Shown here: in pieces, positions 26,736 through 37,358 of the stretch | Layout of the letters: each line of letters begins with the position of its first letter | Numbering within the stretch: the first letter of the stretch is position 1 | Origin: a virus | Lineage: Duplodnaviria; Caudoviricetes | Direction: 5' to 3' (one strand) | DNA: 58,445 nt | Virus record (IMG/VR): IMGVR_UViG_3300009159_005446 | Span: 1 to 58,445 of that record | Notes under the pieces: generated by a model | Database searches by the model: none | The model's input: the letters and a program-made list of their open reading frames with translations, nothing else | What the model was told of the DNA's origin: nothing | Made by a program: the position numbers and the translations under genes

Positions 26736-27125
26736 ATGAGCATGCATCTACATCATCCATCACTCAGTCTCAACGGCAAGAAGCGTGGCAAGATCAAATT
26801 TCGCAATGCCGCAGAAGCACAACGTGCCCGTGAGCTTGATGCAAGCTGGAAAGAACTCTTGAAGGCCCAAGGCATTGAGCAAGAAGAAAAGCGCCGGCGA
26901 CGTGCACTTGAAGCAGAGCCGCTGACATATAAATTGTCAGCCCCACCGGGTCGTACCACATCAAACAACATCCCTAGTCGTGTTACTGCGGGTGGATCAA
27001 CTGCACCTGTGCACAAAGTGTATACCGGTACCAAAGTTATTGGTATTGGTACCATGCACAAATCCAACGCCGTGCCTATCTTTAGCGATGAGGAAGCCAT
27101 TGCAATTAGCACAATGCGTCGATGA
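26736..27125 (+). CDS. Conserved hypothetical phage protein
   Basis: C-terminal YTGTKVIGIGTMHKSNAVPIF..MRR. Confidence 0.85.
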   Translation: MSMHLHHPSLSLNGKKRGKIKFRNAAEAQRARELDASWKELLKAQGIEQEEKRRRRALEAEPLTYKLSAPPGRTTSNNIPSRVTAGGSTAPVHKVYTGTKVIGIGTMHKSNAVPIFSDEEAIAISTMRR

Positions 27126-27135
27126 TAGATCAGAG

Positions 27136-27164
27136 TTGACACCATATTCAATTTTTGCTATAAT
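27136..27164 (+). promoter_or_regulatory. Consensus sigma70 promoter
   Basis: TTGACA-17-TATAAT. Confidence 0.85.
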
Positions 27165-27198
27165 TTAACATTGTAATCAAGCACACAGGAATGTAGTC

Positions 27199-28839
27199 AT
27201 GGATACCTTAACTTTAGGCAGTTCAAATTCGGCGGGTAGCTTTAAATATTTCCGAGATGGAGTTAATTCATTTGCTGTTCGATATTTGTACAATATTGAT
27301 ATCAACAATGACGGACTTGATGAAGTTATTTTTGGCGGCTTTAGAAGCAAGGGGCCCGGCGCATACCAGAATACTAACGTATCAATATTTGGTTGGACAA
27401 ACGGAAAATTTGTAAATCAAACCAATCAATGGTTCCCAAATAACATCAATCAAGTAGAAGGCGTCGGTGATGTTGCGGTAGGAGATTTCAACGGTGATGG
27501 CAAGAGGGACTTGTTTTTTTCTGCTTACACTGATTCAAACTCGCCTGCTACCACTTACCAAATGATTAACAAAGGTGGCCAATTTGAAAGGGTTAGTCTT
27601 GGCACTAATGTGGGATGGCAACACGGAACTGCATGCGGGGACATCAACAAAGACGGATTTGATGATGTGTATGCAACTGGATACCAAAGTGCACCAGCCA
27701 TGTACATGGGTTCTAAAAACGGCTTGATCAAATACACATTTTTGGGGTCTGCAAATGGATCAGATGTTGCATTCGGGGATTTCTTAGGCGATGGTACTTT
27801 GCAAGTAATTGCAGTTGATGTGGGCGGTATTTCTACTAGACCAACATTATCTCGCATGATAGTAAATGATGTGGACCGCACAGTTAGTTTAAGTCAAATT
27901 TCTACATTACCAAGTGGTGGACAACCACATGCTGTACGTGTAGTGGCGATGGATTTTAGCAACGATGGATTAAGTGATGTTATTGTGTTAAGTCGAGCCT
28001 GGACCACTGGCGGAGGAGTTTGGCCAGAAATTAGTGGTATTCAATTTTTGAAGAATCTAGGTCATGGACAATTTCAAGATGTAACCAGTACCGTGTTGCC
28101 TAACTACAATACAAATACTCTTATTTCCTATAATCCTGTTATTGCAGACTTTAATGGGGACGGTAAACTAGATATTATGTCAAGTGAGTCTAGCTGGGGA
28201 TCAAGTAATATTTCCACCACTATGTTACTTCAACAACCTGATGGAACATTTGTTGATACTTGGAGATCTGTATTGTCTAATGGGCTAGTACAAGGTGACA
28301 TTTCGACTGTGATTCGTGGACCCGATGGCTATTATTTGGTAACTGACCATCAAGATAGTGGTGTTGCATCGATTAGATATTCTTTGCTAGAATGGAATGG
28401 AAAGTCCTCGGCACCTTGGGTAACAACACCAACAACAACTACTACCACACCTACTACTGCGGTTGCACAAACGATAGATAAACCTACCATAGTTAATGAA
28501 ACGCATTCGCTTTCAATTATTGTAGACAAAGGAGTGTTAGGTACTTTCCCAGTATTGGTTAAAGATCTAGTAGAACACACGACACTTACAAATGGCGTGA
28601 TTACCAATCACACTATTGTATCGGGTGCCACTACATACAACTTCAATGATATTGACAAACTGATTATGACTGTGACTCGAGATGGAGAATTTACTTCAGA
28701 GTTTTGCACAGAGATAATTGATCAGTACCCATTAAAAACTAATATTACCTACCAGGATGCAGTAACGTTGGTAGGGATTGCTAATATTGATAATGTTATT
28801 GTTGCGGTAGCAGGTGCCGATGGTGCCTTTGTAAACTAA
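27199..28839 (+). CDS. FG-GAP/VCBS-repeat beta-propeller protein with Thr linker and C-terminal domain
   Basis: Repeats DINNDGLDE, DFNGDGKRD, DINKDGFDD, DFLGDGTLQ, DFSNDGLSD, DFNGDGKLD. Confidence 0.88.
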   Translation: MDTLTLGSSNSAGSFKYFRDGVNSFAVRYLYNIDINNDGLDEVIFGGFRSKGPGAYQNTNVSIFGWTNGKFVNQTNQWFPNNINQVEGVGDVAVGDFNGDGKRDLFFSAYTDSNSPATTYQMINKGGQFERVSLGTNVGWQHGTACGDINKDGFDDVYATGYQSAPAMYMGSKNGLIKYTFLGSANGSDVAFGDFLGDGTLQVIAVDVGGISTRPTLSRMIVNDVDRTVSLSQISTLPSGGQPHAVRVVAMDFSNDGLSDVIVLSRAWTTGGGVWPEISGIQFLKNLGHGQFQDVTSTVLPNYNTNTLISYNPVIADFNGDGKLDIMSSESSWGSSNISTTMLLQQPDGTFVDTWRSVLSNGLVQGDISTVIRGPDGYYLVTDHQDSGVASIRYSLLEWNGKSSAPWVTTPTTTTTTPTTAVAQTIDKPTIVNETHSLSIIVDKGVLGTFPVLVKDLVEHTTLTNGVITNHTIVSGATTYNFNDIDKLIMTVTRDGEFTSEFCTEIIDQYPLKTNITYQDAVTLVGIANIDNVIVAVAGADGAFVN

Positions 28840-28849
28840 AGGATGTAAT

Positions 28850-29683
28850 ATGAAACTATATGTAACCAGTGACATTCACCTTGAGTTTGGTGATTGTATT
28901 ATTAAAAACGAAGACAACGTGGATGTGCTAATCCTAAGTGGCGATATCATGATTGCTCAGGACATGCACGATCATCCCGAAAGTGCAAGCACAGTGACCG
29001 AAAGTCTAGGCGAACGCCAAGAAAAAGCCAAACGCTTTCGAGACTTTCTAAGTCGGTGTAGTGTTCAATTTCCGCACGTGATCTATGTAGCAGGCAATCA
29101 TGAGTTTTATCATGGCAAGTGGCCCATTGGCATTGAGTACCTGCGCAAAGAGTGTGCAAAGTTCCCCAATGTTTACTTCATGGAAAACGATTGTCGTACC
29201 ATTGATGATTTTACGTTTATTGGTAGCACATTGTGGACTGACATGAATCGAGGTGATCCCATCACATTGTATCATGTTGCAGGCATGATGAACGATTACA
29301 GAATCATTCGCAACAGCGATCATGCTTTTAGACGACTAACACCCGAAGACACTGCGCTACGTCATCGCACCAGTGTGGGATACATTCAACAAATAGTAGA
29401 AGGCAAGTTTGATCAAAAGTTTGTTGTTGTAGGGCACATGAGTCCTAGCAAATTAAGCACCCATCCTAGGTACGCAGATGACACTATCATGAATGGTGCA
29501 TATAGTTCTAGTTTAGATGACTTTATTATGGATCACCCACAGATCAAATTATGGACACACGGACACACACATGAAGATTTTGATTATATGGTTGGCAGTA
29601 CTCGTGTGGTATGTAATCCACGTGGGTATATCAACTATGAAGAAAGAGCCGATTCGTGGCAACCAAAACTAGTGGAAATCTAA
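28850..29683 (+). CDS. Calcineurin-like metallophosphoesterase
   Basis: SDIHLE, LSGDI, AGNHE, GHMSP, HGHTH, CNPRGY. Confidence 0.92.
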   Translation: MKLYVTSDIHLEFGDCIIKNEDNVDVLILSGDIMIAQDMHDHPESASTVTESLGERQEKAKRFRDFLSRCSVQFPHVIYVAGNHEFYHGKWPIGIEYLRKECAKFPNVYFMENDCRTIDDFTFIGSTLWTDMNRGDPITLYHVAGMMNDYRIIRNSDHAFRRLTPEDTALRHRTSVGYIQQIVEGKFDQKFVVVGHMSPSKLSTHPRYADDTIMNGAYSSSLDDFIMDHPQIKLWTHGHTHEDFDYMVGSTRVVCNPRGYINYEERADSWQPKLVEI

Positions 29684-29877
29684 TGTTCCAGTACCCGGTT
29701 AAATTGACCTGGGAAAGGCACCCCAAGTGGAATGAAATCTGCGCCTGGGGAGTTGAACATTTTGGACTACCGGGCGACCAGTACACTACTGAAGTCTGCG
29801 AAGAATATATGTGCTGGAACTTTGCCAGCGCACAAGACCAACTTTTGTTTATAACAGCATGGGGGAATGACCAATGA
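29683..29877 (+). CDS. Small Trp-rich hypothetical protein
   Basis: WNEICAWGVEHFGLPG..WNFASAQDQLLFITAW. Confidence 0.7.
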   Translation: MFQYPVKLTWERHPKWNEICAWGVEHFGLPGDQYTTEVCEEYMCWNFASAQDQLLFITAWGNDQ

Positions 29878-30227
29878 ACTTTGAAGAAACAGCAATGTGG
29901 CAACGTTTGAGCAACGGTGATGCCAACTATTATACCAAAGCCGCAGAACCCGAGCGCACAGCATTCCGGGTTTGGCTCAAGGGCCTGCTACAAGAGTGCC
30001 AGATCACTGTGGAATTTGAAAAAGCAGATGGTACTGTTAGAGCTATGGTGTGTACCTTAAACGAAGCCAAAGGTGCTAAGTATGTAGTTAATGAGACCAA
30101 GGGAGATGCTGCCACACCCAAGAAGAAACCCAATGATGATGTGTGCGTGGTTTGGGACTGCACACAAAATGCATGGCGCAGTTTCCGTTGGGATAGACTG
30201 AAAAGGATTGAATTTTCAATTGGCTAA
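29874..30227 (+). CDS. WYL_2/SH3-barrel (DUF2693-like) protein
   Basis: VEFEKADGTVRAMVCTL..VWD..AWRSFRWD. Confidence 0.8.
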   Translation: MNFEETAMWQRLSNGDANYYTKAAEPERTAFRVWLKGLLQECQITVEFEKADGTVRAMVCTLNEAKGAKYVVNETKGDAATPKKKPNDDVCVVWDCTQNAWRSFRWDRLKRIEFSIG

Positions 30228-30912
30228 TCCACAAGCACTAATTTTAGGGTGTAGTCATGCCGCTGGGTCGGAAATGCATCTGGAAGTTGGTAGTAATGAT
30301 GATAGATACGGATATTCTAGAAGTTACCCAGCACTTGTTGCCCAGGGACTTGGGTATCAGGTACAAAATTTTTCTATCCCAGGTGGCAGCAATGATGCTA
30401 TGTTTAGAATATTTGAATCTAAATATCAAGAACTTGTGCCAGAACGTGACATTGTAATTGCTTGTTGGACAGGCAATCATAGGATTGAAGTTTGGAACGA
30501 TAAAGAACAAATTTGGTTACAGTTTTGTATTGGTACACAAACATGGTACAAACAAGAATCTAATGATACAGATGAATCTGGACCCGGTATTTACAGAACA
30601 ATATCTAATCAAGAAGAGTATCAGTTGTATTGCAAATACTGGGGAGTTTATAGTACCGATGTAAAAACCGGCAAATTAAACAAACTAAAGAATATTATTG
30701 CATTAAATAGCATAGCAGAACATTATGGAATCAAGGTGTTAAATTTTCATAGCTTTTCCCCAGTAAAAGTTAATCGATATATTTGGCCGGCACAAAGCAC
30801 TGAATTCTGCGATTGGTGTATAAAACAAAATTTTATTCATACCGAAACCGTACATTTTTATTCGGATGCTCATGATGCATTTGCAAAATATATTTTAAAA
30901 GGATTAACTTAA
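30220..30912 (+). CDS. SGNH-hydrolase-like protein
   Basis: LGCSH, NFSIPGGSND, WT..R, C-terminal HF. Confidence 0.6.
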   Translation: MANPQALILGCSHAAGSEMHLEVGSNDDRYGYSRSYPALVAQGLGYQVQNFSIPGGSNDAMFRIFESKYQELVPERDIVIACWTGNHRIEVWNDKEQIWLQFCIGTQTWYKQESNDTDESGPGIYRTISNQEEYQLYCKYWGVYSTDVKTGKLNKLKNIIALNSIAEHYGIKVLNFHSFSPVKVNRYIWPAQSTEFCDWCIKQNFIHTETVHFYSDAHDAFAKYILKGLT

Positions 30913-31131
30913 TTGGCCAAGGAAGAAGGTTTTAAACTAGATGGGCAGGTGATAGATGTACTACCCAACGCAATGTTCAGGGTCAAACTGCCCAATATAG
31001 ATGAACCCATTACTGGCGTAATTTCAGGCAAGATGCGTCAACACAACATTAAAATTCTACTAGGCGACACCGTAGAAGTAGAGTTTAGTCCATACGATCT
31101 CACACGTGGCCGTATTACTCGACGTCGGTAA
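30913..31131 (+). CDS. infA: Translation initiation factor IF-1
   Basis: [52 protein letters not shown]. Confidence 0.95.
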   Translation: MAKEEGFKLDGQVIDVLPNAMFRVKLPNIDEPITGVISGKMRQHNIKILLGDTVEVEFSPYDLTRGRITRRR

Positions 31132-31139
31132 ATACGTGC

Positions 31140-31688
31140 ATGGAACTACGTGACCACATCAATCTTGTAGAAGCAAGCACCCGTCCGGCAAAACTGGAAA
31201 CCACCCCTTTACCTTATGGTGTCAAAGACCTTGAACCCATAATGAGTAAAGAAACTATAGACTATCATTTTGAGCATTTGGCCAAAGGTTATGCCAAACG
31301 CTACAATGCAGGAGAAGGCAATGCGGATTTTAATCGTGCTGGCAGTTTTTTACACAATAAGTTTTTCCCTCAGCTTCGGGCTCCCAAGGGCGCCAATAAG
31401 CCCCGAGGTGCAGTACTCGCGCTCATAGAAGAACACTTTGACACCTGGGAAGATTTCAAAGATGCTTTTAAAGAAGCCGCAATGAAAATCCAAGGATCCG
31501 GATGGGTGTATTTGAGCACCGGTGGCGATATCAAGACCATTGCTAACCATGCAGTCCGCACAGACATCTGTGTGTTAGTGGACTGGTGGGAACACGCCTG
31601 GGCTCTAGACTATCAATCAGATAAAGAAAAATATCTAGATAATATTTGGAAAATTATTGACTGGGACGTCTGCAACGAAAGACTCTAA
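31140..31688 (+). CDS. Fe/Mn superoxide dismutase
   Basis: LPYG..LEP.MSKETIDYH, LHNKFF, QGSGW, DWWEHAW; TAAATA at 31129. Confidence 0.9.
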   Translation: MELRDHINLVEASTRPAKLETTPLPYGVKDLEPIMSKETIDYHFEHLAKGYAKRYNAGEGNADFNRAGSFLHNKFFPQLRAPKGANKPRGAVLALIEEHFDTWEDFKDAFKEAAMKIQGSGWVYLSTGGDIKTIANHAVRTDICVLVDWWEHAWALDYQSDKEKYLDNIWKIIDWDVCNERL

Positions 31689-32434
31689 TGCTCAAAAAGC
31701 ATTTCCCGTTACATGCCCACACAAGATATGCTAACAAAACAATGTATTGGTACGGGCACGATAACCAAACTTTGTTTGGTCAAAATTTAAAAAATCCCGC
31801 AACACGTGCCAAACTAGAACAGCATGGCTGGGTTGATCAACAAGGTAACGCAGTTCCGCTTGAATACAAATTTAATTCACAAGGATTTAGATGTGACAAT
31901 TTTGACAACCGGCCAGCTGGTATTGCACTAGGTTGCAGCCATACCATGGGCATAGGCAATCATCTTAAAGACACATGGCCACAACAATTATCCAACATGA
32001 TGAATTTTCCAATTTGGAATTTAGGGGTTGGCGGCTCAAGTCTTGATACTGCATTTAGAATGCTAACTCACTACATTGATACTCTCAATACTAAATTTGT
32101 AGTGATGTGGATACCAAATATGCATCGATTTGAATATTTTGATTCAAATGTAAATGTTATAAATGTACTTGCACCACAAGTTGATAAAGAGTTTGAATCT
32201 AGATTTTTCAAGACTTGGTTTGGTAACGACCAAAATTCTGACTTCAATCACTTGAAAAATATGTATGCAATTCAATGGCTGTGCAGTGCCAATAATGTAC
32301 CACTGTATTGTTTGCAAGGGTCGCAACTTTACACCCCAACTGCGAGAGATTTAAGTCACTACGGGCCAGATGGCCTTGAGTTTTTTGCAACAAAAATGTA
32401 TGAAAATATACAAAATTCAGGAATAAAATTATGA
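31688..32434 (+). CDS. SGNH-hydrolase-like protein
   Basis: [36 protein letters not shown]. Confidence 0.65.
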   Translation: MLKKHFPLHAHTRYANKTMYWYGHDNQTLFGQNLKNPATRAKLEQHGWVDQQGNAVPLEYKFNSQGFRCDNFDNRPAGIALGCSHTMGIGNHLKDTWPQQLSNMMNFPIWNLGVGGSSLDTAFRMLTHYIDTLNTKFVVMWIPNMHRFEYFDSNVNVINVLAPQVDKEFESRFFKTWFGNDQNSDFNHLKNMYAIQWLCSANNVPLYCLQGSQLYTPTARDLSHYGPDGLEFFATKMYENIQNSGIKL

Positions 32435-32754
32435 AACTAGATACCAGTGCAGTAACAAAACTACGCGAGCTTCTTGCAGAAGAAAACAACCCAAACATCA
32501 AACTACGTGTGTTTGTACAAGGTGGCGGTTGTTCGGGCATGCAATATGGGTTTACCCTTGATGAAGTGCAAAACGAAGACGACTTTGATTTTGATTACAC
32601 TGACGTCAAAGTGCTAGTAGACAGCATAAGCATGACCTATTTGCAAAATGCAAACATAAGGTGGAATGACGATATCATGGGCGCAAGCTTTGTAATCGAC
32701 AACCCCAATGCTGAAACCACTTGCGGATGCGGCTCAAGTTTTGCGCCTCGCTAA
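32431..32754 (+). CDS. erpA: A-type Fe-S carrier (ErpA/IscA, HesB family)
   Basis: [31 protein letters not shown]. Confidence 0.9.
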   Translation: MKLDTSAVTKLRELLAEENNPNIKLRVFVQGGGCSGMQYGFTLDEVQNEDDFDFDYTDVKVLVDSISMTYLQNANIRWNDDIMGASFVIDNPNAETTCGCGSSFAPR

Positions 32755-32793
32755 GTGCTAAAACGCCATAAATACCTTAAAGCGAGGTAAACA

Positions 32794-33054
32794 ATGGCAA
32801 TACAAGTTATTAATGTAGGAACAGTCCCAAACGACGGGTTAGGGGACCCACTACGTACTGCATATCAAAAATGCAATAACAATTTCGGCGAACTCTACGC
32901 AAGATTGCAAACAACCCCTCCCGAAACAAGCGCAGGGCAGCCGGGTGATTTGGCTGGCATGACTGCATATGATGATCAATATTTCTATTACTGTTTTGCT
33001 GACTACGACGAAAGCACAGTAATTTGGAAACGCATATCAGGGTCAGTATTTTAA
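32794..33054 (+). CDS. Small structural protein with T4 gp9/gp10-type N-terminal motif
   Basis: INVGTVPNDGLGDPLRTAYQKCNNNFGELY; TAAATA at 32769. Confidence 0.75.
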   Translation: MAIQVINVGTVPNDGLGDPLRTAYQKCNNNFGELYARLQTTPPETSAGQPGDLAGMTAYDDQYFYYCFADYDESTVIWKRISGSVF

Positions 33055-33056
33055 TC

Positions 33057-36000
33057 ATGGCACAACCAACTTGGATTACCCCGGCTGGGAGTCTAGGGAT
33101 CATTCCTGAAAACAAGTATTTTCAGTATGACATGCTGGCCGAAACTCCGATTGTGGCTACTCCCACGGTCACATCATCTTCTACTACTAGATTTACTTGT
33201 TCTAGTTTGGCAGGAGTATACCCCGGCCTCAACGTGATGTTTACTGGCACAGTGTTTGGTGGAGTAAGCACTACCATACGGTATTTTGTATTTGCTGTGT
33301 ATGGCAACAATCAATTTTCAATTTCTCAAACTGAATTTTCCACAACGCCAATAACCCTGACTCCAGGGTCTGGATCAATGACTGCAGAATTTACTCAGCA
33401 TGTTTACTTTAGCTTGATTGCTGGATCAGTTCCCCCGGGGATTCAAGTAGCAGACAATGGATCCATTATTGGTGTGCCCAAAGCAGTGGCTAGTGTTCAA
33501 GGCGTACCTCAAGAAGTTGCCAAGGATGTGCTTTCAAAATTTGCAGTGCGAGCTTATACTAAAAAAATTGTAGGGTCAACCCTGGTTCTCGATGGCCTAG
33601 CCGATCGTACCTTTACTCTTACAGTTACTGGGCAAAACATACCCGAATTCATTACCCCGTCGGGCAACGTCGGAACTTATTATGATGGTACCGAAGTGGC
33701 CATTCAGTTGTTGTTTACTGATTCAGATCCTGGTGATAATGTTGTTGTTAGACTTGCATCTGGATCATTCCCACCGGGTGTGGCAGTTACCAATCGCGGG
33801 TTAATAACTGGAATAATACAACCGCTAGTAGGACCTCCTGGATCAGCCCCGCCTGGATATGATTCAACACCCAAGGATCAATATCCCAATGATTTTACCA
33901 CACGCAGTGCCAGCAGGAATTTTCAATTCACACTGGAAATCACTGATGGCAAAGACAGCAATCTAAGAACATTTGAAATTTTTGTATACAGTAAAGACAG
34001 CATGAGTGCCGACACCACTGACTTTACTGCTGACAACACATGGATCACAGCAGATGTAGTACCCACTCGTACTCCAGTGTTGTTAACACCATCGGGTAGT
34101 CTAGGCAGGGTCCGCTCAGACAATTATTATTATTTCCAATTCCAGGCCATAGACTTTGATGGTGATGCTGTGGCATACGAAATATCCTCGGGATTGTCAT
34201 CGTCGCCACCTCGTGATCTAGTGTTTGATTCAGACACGGGCTGGTTGTATGGGCATTTGGTATCACAAGGCCCATCTGAAATAGCATATGAGTTTACTGT
34301 TGTTGTTTACAAGCGAGATTATCCCACAATCCGTTCAGAACCATCTACATTTACCATGACAGTGATTGGTAACATTGAAACTGAGGTGATATGGTTAACT
34401 GACTCCGACTTAGGCTCAATTGACAACGGTGGCATTAGTGTGCTGGAAGTAGCGGCGGTCAACACTGGCGGCAGGGCACTACAATATCGTCTTGTTGGTG
34501 GCAGCAACAGCAAGCTACCACAAGGATTAACACTACAACCAACTGGGCATATCACAGGGCGTGTGAGTTTTAACACGTTTGCACTAGACGGCGGTACCAC
34601 AACATTTGATACTTTGAGACGCACCAGATTAGACCCCAATCCCACTACATTTGACATGACTTTTGAGTTTGATGTAAATGCATTTGCGCCACAGGCCGCG
34701 CAGTTGGGATACAAAGTTAGTCAGTTGGTGATTATCAATGGTGGTTCAAGTTACGATCCACTTGATCCACCCACAGTGGTTATTGCACCACCACCTTCAA
34801 GTGCCGTATCTGTTCAAGCCACAGCAGGGATACCCACCATTGTTGATGGTGCAATAACTTCCATAACTGTTGTTGAGCCTGGCAGCGGTTATTCATCAAC
34901 ACCTGTAGTTACAATCATTGGTGGGTCCGGTGGCGGCGCTGTTGTGAATTCGTTAATAGAAATATCAACGCAAATCAACAGCGTTGATGTAGTACGTAGA
35001 TTTAGTATCACTGTGAATCGAGTGTTTAATACACCATACGAGAGTTTGTACATCAAGTGCATGCCTCCAAACAATGATCGTGCATTGATTAGTCAATTGC
35101 TCCAGGATCCCAACATCTTCCCTAACGATTTGCTATATCGAGCTGATGACAGCAACTTTGGGCTTGCATCCAATGTTGTGTATGTACATGCTTTGGGATT
35201 AAATCCCGCAACTCTAGATACCTACGTAGAGAGCTTGGCAATCAATCACTACTGGCGTAACATCACACTGGGCGAGATTCGAACAGCCCAGGCTCTAGAT
35301 AGTTCAGGCAACGTACTTTATGAAGTTGTGTACAGCGCCATCATTGATGATCTGTTGAACAACAGCGGAGTCAGTGTTGGTAAATCAGTTGAATTACCTT
35401 ATCCTGTGGTCCTTGATAATGGTACTGTAACTGTTGTTTACCCCAACAGCTTACCTAACATGCGCAATCAAGTAATTGATACTGTGGGACAAATTAGTCC
35501 AGCATTGCCCCTGTGGATGAACTCCAAACAAGCCAACGGAAATTATCTAGGATTTACCCCAGCCTGGGTCATAGCCTACGTCAATCCAGGTGAAAGCGGG
35601 CGTATTGCCTACAACATCAGTCAACAGTATGGTAATCAACTCAACAAAATTGATTTCAAAGTAGATAGATACGAACTTGATCGTAGTCAAACTCACAATT
35701 GGGATCCTGCTACTGACAGTTGGATACCAAGTCCTGCTCAAGACGTCACGTTTGACGTTTTTGCTGACTACTTGTATGATACCCCTAGCTTGGATACTAC
35801 AGGACGAATTAGCAATACCACAACCTATACCGGTGACGGAAACACTGTGTATTTTGCTGTGTCTTTGTTGCCAACTACAGGAAAACTAGTGGTCAAAGTA
35901 GGTAGTGTAATACAAGAGTACAGTACAGACTATACAGTAAATTTCGGGTATTATCCAAAATTTGTAAAATTTGAAACAGCCCCAACTAATGGGTCTACTG

Positions 36001-36173
36001 TTACAATCTATCAAATTTCGGACATATTTGTTACCAATCGAGATGGTGCGTTGGGAACACAAACAGTGTTCGACGGCGGAAGTATGACGTTTAGTAGCCC
36101 GGCAGATCGTTGGACCGAGACCGACGACTTCGATAAATATCTCGTGTTCCCCAAACAAACAATTTTAGGATAA
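33057..36173 (+). CDS. Large virion structural protein with Ig-like (He_PIG-type) repeats; baseplate/tail
   Basis: Repeated W/F-I-T-P-x-G-S-L-G and G-x-(L/F/V)-P-x-G..G.I.G motifs; GSGYSSTPVVTI segment. Confidence 0.8.
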   Translation: MAQPTWITPAGSLGIIPENKYFQYDMLAETPIVATPTVTSSSTTRFTCSSLAGVYPGLNVMFTGTVFGGVSTTIRYFVFAVYGNNQFSISQTEFSTTPITLTPGSGSMTAEFTQHVYFSLIAGSVPPGIQVADNGSIIGVPKAVASVQGVPQEVAKDVLSKFAVRAYTKKIVGSTLVLDGLADRTFTLTVTGQNIPEFITPSGNVGTYYDGTEVAIQLLFTDSDPGDNVVVRLASGSFPPGVAVTNRGLITGIIQPLVGPPGSAPPGYDSTPKDQYPNDFTTRSASRNFQFTLEITDGKDSNLRTFEIFVYSKDSMSADTTDFTADNTWITADVVPTRTPVLLTPSGSLGRVRSDNYYYFQFQAIDFDGDAVAYEISSGLSSSPPRDLVFDSDTGWLYGHLVSQGPSEIAYEFTVVVYKRDYPTIRSEPSTFTMTVIGNIETEVIWLTDSDLGSIDNGGISVLEVAAVNTGGRALQYRLVGGSNSKLPQGLTLQPTGHITGRVSFNTFALDGGTTTFDTLRRTRLDPNPTTFDMTFEFDVNAFAPQAAQLGYKVSQLVIINGGSSYDPLDPPTVVIAPPPSSAVSVQATAGIPTIVDGAITSITVVEPGSGYSSTPVVTIIGGSGGGAVVNSLIEISTQINSVDVVRRFSITVNRVFNTPYESLYIKCMPPNNDRALISQLLQDPNIFPNDLLYRADDSNFGLASNVVYVHALGLNPATLDTYVESLAINHYWRNITLGEIRTAQALDSSGNVLYEVVYSAIIDDLLNNSGVSVGKSVELPYPVVLDNGTVTVVYPNSLPNMRNQVIDTVGQISPALPLWMNSKQANGNYLGFTPAWVIAYVNPGESGRIAYNISQQYGNQLNKIDFKVDRYELDRSQTHNWDPATDSWIPSPAQDVTFDVFADYLYDTPSLDTTGRISNTTTYTGDGNTVYFAVSLLPTTGKLVVKVGSVIQEYSTDYTVNFGYYPKFVKFETAPTNGSTVTIYQISDIFVTNRDGALGTQTVFDGGSMTFSSPADRWTETDDFDKYLVFPKQTILG

Positions 36174-36176
36174 AAG

Positions 36177-37061
36177 ATGACTAGCCAGATTAACCCCAAC
36201 AATATCGACGGTACTTACCCAGTTGCCGGTCAAGACAATGACTCGCAAGGTTTCCGTGATAATTTTACCAATACCAAAACCAACTTTGGATATGCGTCTG
36301 CTGAGATAACAGATTTGCAAAGCAAAGTAGTGCTCAAAGCCCCGTTAACTGGTACCACATTAAGCAACAACATGAACAACAGCGTCATAAGCAATGTTCA
36401 GCTGTTGTCAGCAAGTGCCCCTAGAGTTGCATTAGGCGAAGTAGTCAGCGCCACCATGAACTTTTCAGCCGGGCCGTACTATACCTTGTCTACAGGGGGG
36501 TCTGTGTCGTTGGCATTCAGCAACTGGCCAGCGGCCGGACAAGTGGCCACAATGCGTTTGCAAATCACTGTGACTGATATCACGTATAATTTAATATTAC
36601 CCGTGGCAGTAAGTGTAGGACTTGGCAACTTGCAAGGTTATGATTCAGCTACTAACTCTATTGTGTTCAATCAAGAAGGCACATATGAGTATGAATTTGA
36701 AACCAGCGACAACGGATCGACAATTAGCATTTTTGATCTAAATCAAAATCATGACCCCATTTACCTGCCCAGCGCAGAAGATCTCGCAACCACTGACGCT
36801 GCCAGCTTGGATGTTACTACTAGTTATTTTTCAACTGCGGCAGCCGAAACTGCAACATTAGCGGCTGGTGTTGCTGGTCAAGTCAAGGTGTTTGCTATGT
36901 ACGCCGACAGTGGTGACATGGTTATTACAGTAACCAATGCAGGATGGAAGTCAAGTGGTACAGGTACTATTACATTTAATGATCGTGGAGATGCTTGCAC
37001 ATTAATGTATATCAATTCAAAATGGTTCTGCACCGGCAACAATGGTTGCGTATTTGCCTAA
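36177..37061 (+). CDS. Virion structural (tail/baseplate) protein
   Basis: SQINPNNIDGTYPVAGQDNDSQGFRDNF; beta-rich; TAAATA at 36134. Confidence 0.75.
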   Translation: MTSQINPNNIDGTYPVAGQDNDSQGFRDNFTNTKTNFGYASAEITDLQSKVVLKAPLTGTTLSNNMNNSVISNVQLLSASAPRVALGEVVSATMNFSAGPYYTLSTGGSVSLAFSNWPAAGQVATMRLQITVTDITYNLILPVAVSVGLGNLQGYDSATNSIVFNQEGTYEYEFETSDNGSTISIFDLNQNHDPIYLPSAEDLATTDAASLDVTTSYFSTAAAETATLAAGVAGQVKVFAMYADSGDMVITVTNAGWKSSGTGTITFNDRGDACTLMYINSKWFCTGNNGCVFA

Positions 37062-37071
37062 CCAAACTGTG

Positions 37072-37118
37072 TTGACAATCACAGCCCTTGTTGCTATAAT
37101 AGTCACAAGGGCTTTTTA
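37072..37118 (+). promoter_or_regulatory. Sigma70 promoter nested in a terminator hairpin
   Basis: TTGACA-17-TATAAT (37072-37100); AGCCCTTGT..ACAAGGGCT followed by TTTT. Confidence 0.75.
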
Positions 37119-37121
37119 TTC

Positions 37122-37358
37122 ATGGAACATCCACTAGTCGAAGTTGATCCCAATTTGTCACTAGATGACTTGCAAACTCGCATCAACGACCTAACCAAAA
37201 AAATGATGTGGGCACAACGCCACAACGCACATCTTGCCAGCCAAATACGCATGGCCCTGGAGGCTTTTCAATCTCGCTATCGACTCAAGCAACAAGAAGC
37301 ATATGATGCTGCCACACGCAACGGCAAAGACTTTTCGGACAAGATAGACATATCATGA
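37122..37358 (+). CDS. Hypothetical protein
   Basis: MEHP..DKIDIS; ATGA-coupled to the dnaE fragment. Confidence 0.75.
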   Translation: MEHPLVEVDPNLSLDDLQTRINDLTKKMMWAQRHNAHLASQIRMALEAFQSRYRLKQQEAYDAATRNGKDFSDKIDIS

